Shown here piece by piece: positions 27,439-32,712 of a stretch of DNA of 32,712 nt (its first letter is position 1; every line of letters starts with the position of its first letter). This DNA comes from Alphaproteobacteria bacterium (GTDB lineage: Bacteria > Pseudomonadota > Alphaproteobacteria > Paracaedibacterales > JAKBAR01). Under the pieces are notes generated by a model that was given only the letters and a program-made list of their open reading frames with translations, made no database searches and was not told the DNA's origin. The translations under genes and the position numbers were made by a program. The stretch covers positions 1-32,712 of the forward strand of contig JBDHTO010000002.1 in NCBI GenBank assembly GCA_039808665.1, written 5' to 3'.

Positions 27439-28122
27439 TTAGTTTGCTGGCCTTTCAAACTTAACACCAGCACCCATGGTTGAGCTTAAACTCATTTTTT
27501 TAATATAGGTTCCCTTAACGCCTGTTGGCTTAGCCTTTTCAATCACAGAAACAAACGCTTCTACGTTTTCGAGAAGTGCTTTTTCTGAGAAGCTTGCTTT
27601 ACCAATACCTGCGTGAACGATACCTGTTTTTTCCGTACGATACTCGACCTGACCACCCTTTACAGCTTTCACAGCACCAGCAACATCCATTGTCACCGTG
27701 CCAAGCTTTGGGTTAGGCATCAAACCACGTGGGCCAAGAATCTTTGCCACACGACCGATAAGCGCCATCATATCAGGGGTCGCAATGCACTTATCAAAGT
27801 TCATTTCACCCTTTTGAATTTGCTCAACAAGCTCTTCAGCACCGATAAGGTCAGCACCCGCAGCTTTTGCTTCCTCAGCCTTTGGGCCTTTTGCAAAAAC
27901 AGCAACACGGTATGTTTTACCTGTACCGTGAGGAAGCTGCAAAACACCACGAAGGTTTTGCTCTGCTTTACGTGCATCAACGTTAAGATTCATCGCAATT
28001 TCGATGGTCTCATCAAACTTTGCCTTTGCGCCGTCTTTAATCATCTTTACGGCTTCAGCTAAAGTGTACACTTTATTACGATCAATCGCTTTATAAAGGT
28101 TTTCAATTCTCTTTCCTGACAT
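27439..28122 (-). CDS. rplA: 50S ribosomal protein L1 (uL1)
   Basis: The ORF-track start (28203) lies inside rplK. The ATG at 28120-28122, 4 nt after the rplK stop, gives [25 protein letters not shown] (227 aa), a typical L1 N-terminus. Confidence 0.93.
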   Translation of the reverse strand: MSGKRIENLYKAIDRNKVYTLAEAVKMIKDGAKAKFDETIEIAMNLNVDARKAEQNLRGVLQLPHGTGKTYRVAVFAKGPKAEEAKAAGADLIGAEELVEQIQKGEMNFDKCIATPDMMALIGRVAKILGPRGLMPNPKLGTVTMDVAGAVKAVKGGQVEYRTEKTGIVHAGIGKASFSEKALLENVEAFVSVIEKAKPTGVKGTYIKKMSLSSTMGAGVKFERPAN

Positions 28123-28126
28123 AACC

Positions 28127-28555
28127 TTACTCCACGACCTCAAGACCCATTGAACGTGCGGAACCGACGAGCATTTTTGCAGCTGCCTCGAGATCGTGCG
28201 CATTGAGATCTTTCATTTTTTCTTTTGCAATTTCATGAATTTGGCTCATGGTCACCTTGCCCACTGTACCACGACCTGGAGTCTGGCTTCCTTTTGCAAG
28301 GCCAGCAGCCTTTTTCAGGAAATAGGAGTTTGGTGGAGTTTTTGTCTCAAAGGAAAATGTCTTATCCGCATATACGGTAATCACAACAGGAATCGGCATG
28401 CCCGGCTCCATATTTTGTGTTTGTGCGTTAAATGCTTTACAAAATTCCATAATGTTCAAACCACGTTGACCCAAAGCTGGACCAATAGGTGGCGAAGGAT
28501 TGGCTTTACCTGCTGCAACCTGCAACTTGATATAGCCGGTGATTTTCTTAGCCAT
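28127..28555 (-). CDS. rplK: 50S ribosomal protein L11 (uL11)
   Basis: 142 aa, [43 protein letters not shown]. Confidence 0.97.
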   Translation of the reverse strand: MAKKITGYIKLQVAAGKANPSPPIGPALGQRGLNIMEFCKAFNAQTQNMEPGMPIPVVITVYADKTFSFETKTPPNSYFLKKAAGLAKGSQTPGRGTVGKVTMSQIHEIAKEKMKDLNAHDLEAAAKMLVGSARSMGLEVVE

Positions 28556-28637
28556 AAAAATCCTCAGTATATTATTGTTGAACCTGAGTTAGTGGTACGA
28601 TTTGCATCTCCCACAACCGCTACTCTTTTAAGTCGAG

Positions 28638-29174
28638 TTAGACCTTTTCCACTTGGGTGAATTCCAAATCCACCGGCGTGGGCCTGCCAAAGATCAATAC
28701 AGATACTTTAAGGCGGGATTTCTCTTGATCCACCTCTTCAACCATTCCGGAAAAAGAAGTAAATGGACCATCACATACACGTACCTGCTCACCCACTTCA
28801 AATGTAAGCATGCTACGTGGTTTTTCAACTGAATCTTGAACTTGACGCAAAATACGCGCAACCTCCGCTTCCGAAACCGGAAGAGGCTTTCCTTTCCCAC
28901 CCAAGAATGTGGATACTTTGGGCGTTTCCCTCACAAGGTGCCACGCTTCATCCGTCAAATACATTTTAATAAGCACATAACCAGGAAAATAATTGCGCTC
29001 CACAGTAACTTTTGTACCGCGCTTAATCTCAACAACATCCTCTGAAGGCACAAGGAGCTCAACAAAACAATCGGAGATTCCCTTTTTTTCTGCAGCTTCG
29101 CGAATGGATTGAACGACTTTCTTCTCGAATCCCGCGTAGACTTGAATCACATACCAACGTGGCTGAATGGTCAT
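28638..29174 (-). CDS. nusG: Transcription termination/antitermination factor NusG
   Basis: 178 aa. NGN domain RWYVIQVYAGFEKKV and KOW motif GEQVRVCDGPFTSFSGMVEEV. Confidence 0.96.
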   Translation of the reverse strand: MTIQPRWYVIQVYAGFEKKVVQSIREAAEKKGISDCFVELLVPSEDVVEIKRGTKVTVERNYFPGYVLIKMYLTDEAWHLVRETPKVSTFLGGKGKPLPVSEAEVARILRQVQDSVEKPRSMLTFEVGEQVRVCDGPFTSFSGMVEEVDQEKSRLKVSVLIFGRPTPVDLEFTQVEKV

Positions 29175-29194
29175 TTTTTATCTTTCTCGAAAAA

Positions 29195-29416
29195 CTAGCG
29201 CGTCGCGTAGTCAATAATGGCGTTAATGGTTTTGTGAACAATACTATCCACAATCAAAAAATAAATCGCCGCTACAAGAGCGAAGACAAAAACAAATACC
29301 GTTGTCAACGTCGTCTCTTTGCGAGAGGGCCATGCGACCTTGCGCACTTCATCCCTCACCTCAGGAATAAACTTCTGGGCTTTCTTCGCAAAACTCACTT
29401 GATTTACATCACTCAT
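29195..29416 (-). CDS. secE: Preprotein translocase subunit SecE
   Basis: 73 aa with FIPEVRDEVRKVAWPSRKET followed by a single TM helix (TTVFVFVFALVAAIYFLIV). Lies immediately upstream of nusG. Confidence 0.92.
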   Translation of the reverse strand: MSDVNQVSFAKKAQKFIPEVRDEVRKVAWPSRKETTLTTVFVFVFALVAAIYFLIVDSIVHKTINAIIDYATR

Positions 29417-29454
29417 TGTGTCGTCACACCTAAAATTAATGTCATCCTGTTTGC

Positions 29455-29531
29455 TGGCAGGAGTGGAGGGAATCGAACCCGCAACCTTCGGTTTTGGAGA
29501 CCGACGCTCTAGCCAATTGAGCTACACTCCT
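29455..29531 (-). tRNA. trnW: tRNA-Trp (anticodon CCA), CCA end encoded
   Basis: Reverse complement is AGGAGTG-TA-GCTC..GAGC-G-TCGGT-CTCCAAA-ACCGA-AGGTT-GCGGG-TTCGATT-CCCTC-CACTCCT-G-CCA. It folds as a cloverleaf with a perfect acceptor stem and one C50/U64 mismatch in the T stem. Confidence 0.93.
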
Positions 29532-29536
29532 AAAGC

Positions 29537-29574
29537 AAAAAACACAGCCATCAAATAAACAGCTGTGTTTTTTT
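29537..29574 (-). terminator. Intrinsic terminator-like hairpin downstream of tuf copy 2
   Basis: Minus-strand RNA is AAAAAAACACAGC-(13-nt loop)-GCUGUGUUUUUU. Core stem is CACAGC/GCUGUG (29543-29548 / 29562-29567), flanked by an A6 run and a T7 run, giving a bidirectional appearance. It ends 5 nt before tRNA-Trp. Confidence 0.55.
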
Positions 29575-29580
29575 AGCGCA

Positions 29581-29615
29581 AAAGTTAACGCTTGTCTAGA
29601 GCAAACGTTAACTTT
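29581..29615 (-). other. Perfect 10-bp stem-loop 8 nt downstream of the tuf copy 2 stop codon
   Basis: AAAGTTAACG (29581-29590) pairs with CGTTAACTTT (29606-29615) around a 15-nt loop. Confidence 0.5.
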
Positions 29616-29623
29616 ATTTATGC

Positions 29624-30814
29624 TTAAGCAATAATTTTTGCAACGACGCCGGCACCGACAGTACGGCCACCTTCACGAATCGCGAAACGAAGTCCTTCAT
29701 CCATCGCAATCGGTGCAATCAGCTCTGCCTTCATCGTGATGTTATCACCAGGCATCACCATCTCAACACCATTTGGAAGCTCAATCGTTCCTGTGACGTC
29801 CGTTGTACGGAAGTAAAATTGTGGACGGTAGTTGCTGAAAAATGGCGTGTGACGACCACCTTCATCTTTTGTCAAAATGTAGCATTCACATTCAAACTTT
29901 GTATGTGGCGTAATGGACCCTGGCGCTGCCAAAACTTGACCACGCTCAACTTCTTCACGCTTTGTTCCACGAAGAAGCGCACCAATGTTATCACCTGCTT
30001 CACCTTGATCAAGCAACTTACGGAACATTTCAACGCCTGTCACAACCGTCTTGGATGTTGGATGCAAACCGACAATCTCAACTTCTTCACCAACCTTGAC
30101 AACACCACGCTCTACACGGCCTGTTACAACAGTACCACGTCCAGAGATGGAGAAAACGTCTTCGATCGGCATCAAGAACGGACGATCTTTCGCGCGCTCT
30201 GGCTGTGGAATATAACGGTCTACTTCCGCCATCAATTTCAAAATCGCATCACGGCCAATCGCATCATCACGGCTCTCAAGGGCGCAAAGGGCGGAACCTT
30301 TTACCACAGGAATATCGTCTCCTGGGAATCCATAAGAGGAGAGAAGCTCACGCACCTCAAGCTCAACCAGATCCAAAAGCTCAGCATCATCCACCATATC
30401 CACTTTGTTCATAAACACAACCAAAGCTGGAACACCCACCTGACGCGCAAGCAAAATGTGCTCACGTGTTTGGGGCATTGGACCATCTGCTGCAGACACA
30501 ACCAAGATACCTCCGTCCATCTGCGCCGCACCGGTGATCATGTTCTTGACATAGTCCGCGTGTCCTGGGCAGTCAACGTGCGCATAGTGACGATTCGTTG
30601 TCTCATATTCAACGTGCGCTGTCGAAATCGTAATTCCGCGTGCACGCTCTTCCGGCGCTTTGTCAATCTGATCATAGGCCGTAAATGTTGCTCCTCCGCT
30701 CTCCGCCAGCACCTTTGTAATCGCTGCTGTCAAGCTTGTCTTCCCATGGTCCACGTGACCAATCGTTCCTATGTTTACGTGCGGCTTCGTCCGCTCAAAC
30801 TTCGCTTTTGACAT
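29624..30814 (-). CDS. tuf: Elongation factor Tu, copy 2 (tRNA-linked copy, TAA stop)
   Basis: 396 aa, identical to copy 1. The ORF-track start at 30829 (MGTTIM...) lies only 5 nt from the tRNA-Gly 3' end. Homology places the start at the ATG at 30812-30814. Confidence 0.97.
   Translation of the reverse strand: MSKAKFERTKPHVNIGTIGHVDHGKTSLTAAITKVLAESGGATFTAYDQIDKAPEERARGITISTAHVEYETTNRHYAHVDCPGHADYVKNMITGAAQMDGGILVVSAADGPMPQTREHILLARQVGVPALVVFMNKVDMVDDAELLDLVELEVRELLSSYGFPGDDIPVVKGSALCALESRDDAIGRDAILKLMAEVDRYIPQPERAKDRPFLMPIEDVFSISGRGTVVTGRVERGVVKVGEEVEIVGLHPTSKTVVTGVEMFRKLLDQGEAGDNIGALLRGTKREEVERGQVLAAPGSITPHTKFECECYILTKDEGGRHTPFFSNYRPQFYFRTTDVTGTIELPNGVEMVMPGDNITMKAELIAPIAMDEGLRFAIREGGRTVGAGVVAKIIA
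29625..30814. repeat. Direct repeat copy B (1190 nt, identical by eye to 13523..14712)
   Basis: See copy A. Confidence 0.85.
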
Positions 30815-30834
30815 AATGGTTGTCCCCATAAAAA

Positions 30835-30908
30835 TGGAGCGGGTGAAGGGAATCGAACCCTCATGACCAGCTTGGAAGGCTGGGGCTTTACCACTAAGCT
30901 ACACCCGC
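30835..30908 (-). tRNA. trnG: tRNA-Gly (anticodon TCC), CCA end encoded
   Basis: Reverse complement is GCGGGTG-TA-GCTT-AGTGGTA-AAGC-C-CCAGC-CTTCCAA-GCTGG-TCAT-GAGGG-TTCGATT-CCCTT-CACCCGC-T-CCA. Confidence 0.93.
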
Positions 30909-30921
30909 GAATTTACTTTCT

Positions 30922-31007
30922 TGGTGGAAGGAGCAGGATTCGAACCTGCGTAGACGTACGTCGGCAGATTTACAGTCTGCTGCCTTTAACCACTCGGCCA
31001 TCCTTCC
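30922..31007 (-). tRNA. trnY: tRNA-Tyr (anticodon GTA), class II with long variable arm, CCA end encoded
   Basis: Reverse complement is GGAAGGA-TG-GCCGAGTGGTTAAAGGC-AGCAGA-CTGTAAA-TCTGC-(variable arm CGACGTACGTCTAC)-GCAGG-TTCGAAT-CCTGC-TCCTTCC-A-CCA. Confidence 0.92.
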
Positions 31008-31020
31008 GCTGTATATGGAT

Positions 31021-31049
31021 GATGTACGTGATTTTTTGCTCGACGTCAA
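31021..31049 (-). promoter_or_regulatory. Candidate promoter for tRNA-Tyr/tRNA-Gly/tuf
   Basis: On the minus strand: TTGACG (31044-31049), a 17-nt spacer, then TACATC (31021-31026), 13 nt upstream of the mature tRNA-Tyr 5' end. The -10 element is weak. This is a motif match only. Confidence 0.3.
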
Positions 31050-31151
31050 CTTCTTTTACTTTCGAAATAAGAAAAGAACCTCTATGGTAAAAACGCGTCC
31101 TCTCCGAAAGAGACACATACTGTAATTTACGATATTTAGGATATCACATTT

Positions 31152-31856
31152 ATGTATTGGCTTTATGGTCACCATCCTGTTTCTTATGCACTTTCCAATC
31201 CCAATCGGGTGAGTAAGAAGTTACTTTTTGCGGACGATGCAGACCTGAAGCTTCTCCCCCCTCTTCCGAAAAATCTCATCCTTGAAAAAATTCAAAAAAA
31301 GGATTTTGGAAAAATTGTGGGCCATGACGCCGTTCACCAAGGGCTCGCTCTCCAAGTTGAACCTCTCGAGGAAATGAATATCGACGATTTATCACGCCTT
31401 CAGCCTACAAAACAAACTGTCATGATTCTGGATCAAGTCTCAGACCCCCACAACGTGGGTGCTATTCTTCGCTCATGTGCCGTTTTTGGGGCAACCGCCC
31501 TTATTCTCACTGATCGCCATAGCCCAAAAGAGTCCGCTATTCTTGCAAAGTCTGCCTCAGGCGCTCTTGAGATCACACCAATCATTCGTATCAATAACCT
31601 CTCCAGCGCCTTGTCTCAGCTTAAGGATATGGGTTTTTGGATCGTCGGCCTTGCCGAAAGATCAGAACAAACCCTCTCAGATGTGGATTTTTCAGGAAAA
31701 ATGGGTATTGTCATGGGGGCCGAAGGGGACGGCATGCGCAAACTCACAACAAAACAGTGCGATTTCTTGGTTCGCCTTGAAACAAGTGCACTTTTTTCAA
31801 CACTTAATGTTTCAAACGCAGCAGCTATCGCACTGTACGAAGCCTTTAGGAAATAG
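31152..31856 (+). CDS. rlmB: SpoU/TrmH-family RNA 2'-O-methyltransferase, RlmB-like
   Basis: 234 aa. N-terminal substrate-binding-type segment (WLYGHHPVSYALSNPNR). SPOUT motifs NVGAILRSCAVFGATALIL, IVMGAEGDGMR and LNVSNAAAIALYE. The family call is firm. The specific RlmB assignment rests on length, architecture and neighbourhood only. Confidence 0.75.
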   Translation: MYWLYGHHPVSYALSNPNRVSKKLLFADDADLKLLPPLPKNLILEKIQKKDFGKIVGHDAVHQGLALQVEPLEEMNIDDLSRLQPTKQTVMILDQVSDPHNVGAILRSCAVFGATALILTDRHSPKESAILAKSASGALEITPIIRINNLSSALSQLKDMGFWIVGLAERSEQTLSDVDFSGKMGIVMGAEGDGMRKLTTKQCDFLVRLETSALFSTLNVSNAAAIALYEAFRK

Positions 31857-32588
31857 CTAGTCTACATTCTCCTCACTAAGACTAACCACAGCAAGCATTT
31901 TTGAAGACATATCACCCGGAATTTCCCGTAAAACCCAGCTTGTCACAGACCCAAAGGGCATCTTGGACTCCTTAAATGATGGAAAGTCGTGTAATTCGTT
32001 CACAAATTCTTCAAAAGTTTTTTCTGCCCCCGCAGCATAACAAGTTGCCATGCGCACTGCGTATTTTTTCCCGTTTGTTTCAAACGTCATTTTTTCCTCC
32101 CCCTTGCCATGCCATACATCACGGGATGATTTGAAATCGGCAAGACTTGGCACAGCCATTAAGACTTGCGCCAATGTTAGCGATTCCGCAACTTTTGAGG
32201 GCTGTCCATTTAACGCAGAGATGGAAACATTATACCACGGTGGTCCACTTGGACTCTGTTGATTATTCCATGTATAGCGCACCTTTGCACCCCCCTCATA
32301 CAGGACAGGATGGCTTTTTGACATATTTTGAGACTCCACAAATTCACCAAAGGATAAATCACTCTCAGCCCCTTGAAACATAGCGTATTCAACAACATAA
32401 TCTTCTCCCTCCACTGTGAAAATACGGGACTCAGGATGTGTTGAAAAATTATGCCCTCTCTCATTTTGTTTCCACGCAGAAAGACCTGGACATCCACGTA
32501 GCACACTTTGAATCGTCAATAACTCAGCCGCCCCCAACGACTTTACACAAACAAGCATTATACAACAGATTAATATCCTTAATTTCAT
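31857..32588 (-). CDS. Hypothetical secreted protein made of two homologous ~110-aa modules
   Basis: 243 aa. N-terminal Sec-type signal peptide MKLRILICCIMLVCVKSLGAA with no lipobox. Residues 22-134 and 135-243 align with each other. I recognise no known domain. Confidence 0.7.
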   Translation of the reverse strand: MKLRILICCIMLVCVKSLGAAELLTIQSVLRGCPGLSAWKQNERGHNFSTHPESRIFTVEGEDYVVEYAMFQGAESDLSFGEFVESQNMSKSHPVLYEGGAKVRYTWNNQQSPSGPPWYNVSISALNGQPSKVAESLTLAQVLMAVPSLADFKSSRDVWHGKGEEKMTFETNGKKYAVRMATCYAAGAEKTFEEFVNELHDFPSFKESKMPFGSVTSWVLREIPGDMSSKMLAVVSLSEENVD

Positions 32589-32712
32589 CTCACTCTCTTG
32601 ATTTTTACGCTAACAGTTCTGAGTTTCACAAAAAGTTCATCTCCTTACAATGCGTTATTTTACCTCTTTTACGGATCTCAAATTCCCCTATAGTAAAGTT
32701 TAGCTCTTTTTG

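Noticed and set aside
28123-28203. A 27-codon N-terminal extension of rplA in the ORF track ([13 protein letters not shown]...).
   Set aside because: It lies inside the rplK coding region in another frame. The ATG at 28120-28122 gives the canonical L1 N-terminus and sits 4 nt after the rplK stop.
28556-28637. The nusG-rplK spacer. I considered a possible L1-binding leader or a hairpin (CUCAG/CUGAG) occluding the GAGGA Shine-Dalgarno.
   Set aside because: The stem is only 5 bp with a 17-nt loop. I could find no convincing promoter or mimic of the 23S L1 site by eye, so the evidence is too weak to call.
30815-30829. Upstream ATG giving [15 protein letters not shown] on tuf copy 2.
   Set aside because: It starts 5 nt from the tRNA-Gly 3' end, with no room for a ribosome-binding site. 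Copy 1 and EF-Tu homologs start at MSKAKFE.
32589-32712. A mini-ORF (ATG AAC TTT TTG TGA) directly after an AAGGAG, upstream of the orphan gene.
   Set aside because: The Shine-Dalgarno sequence abuts the ATG with no spacer, and the ORF is only 4 codons. Nothing suggests it is a leader peptide.

Overview
This window is core housekeeping DNA, and I found no evidence of a novel system in it. It holds the bacterial transcription/translation supercluster, and all its genes except the last CDS (rlmB-like, + strand) read on the minus strand. In transcription order (high to low coordinates) the genes are: tRNA-Tyr, tRNA-Gly, tuf (copy 2), tRNA-Trp, secE, nusG, rplK, rplA, rplJ, rplL, rpoB, rpoC, rpsL, rpsG, fusA, tuf (copy 1). 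These are followed by the complete S10 operon (rpsJ to rpsQ), the spc operon (rplN to rplO, secY, adk) and the alpha operon (rpsM, rpsK, rpoA, and rplQ, which is cut by the window edge).

The gene order points to an alphaproteobacterium with an AT-leaning genome, judged by eye and not computed. The supporting features are: no map/infA/rpmJ between adk and rpsM, no rpsD before rpoA, tRNA-Trp ahead of secE, and tuf directly preceding rpsJ.

Two CDSs lie outside this co-oriented minus-strand cluster. One is a divergent SpoU/TrmH (RlmB-like) methyltransferase on the + strand. The other is a convergent orphan secreted protein built from two homologous modules.

I saw no CRISPR array, IS or transposase, integrase, phage gene, toxin-antitoxin pair or defence gene. 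The observations worth a second look are modest:
- The two tuf genes are nucleotide-identical over exactly the coding sequence but have different stop codons and flanks.
- L30 carries a roughly 49-aa A/K/P-rich N-terminal extension that appears obligatorily translated.
- The orphan protein has an internal duplication and abuts rlmB stop-to-stop.
- Several intergenic spacers are structured (rplJ leader, rplL-rpoB hairpin, rpoC-rpsL inverted repeat, tandem hairpins after tuf-2).

All protein identities come from recognising conserved motifs and synteny by eye. No database search was possible.
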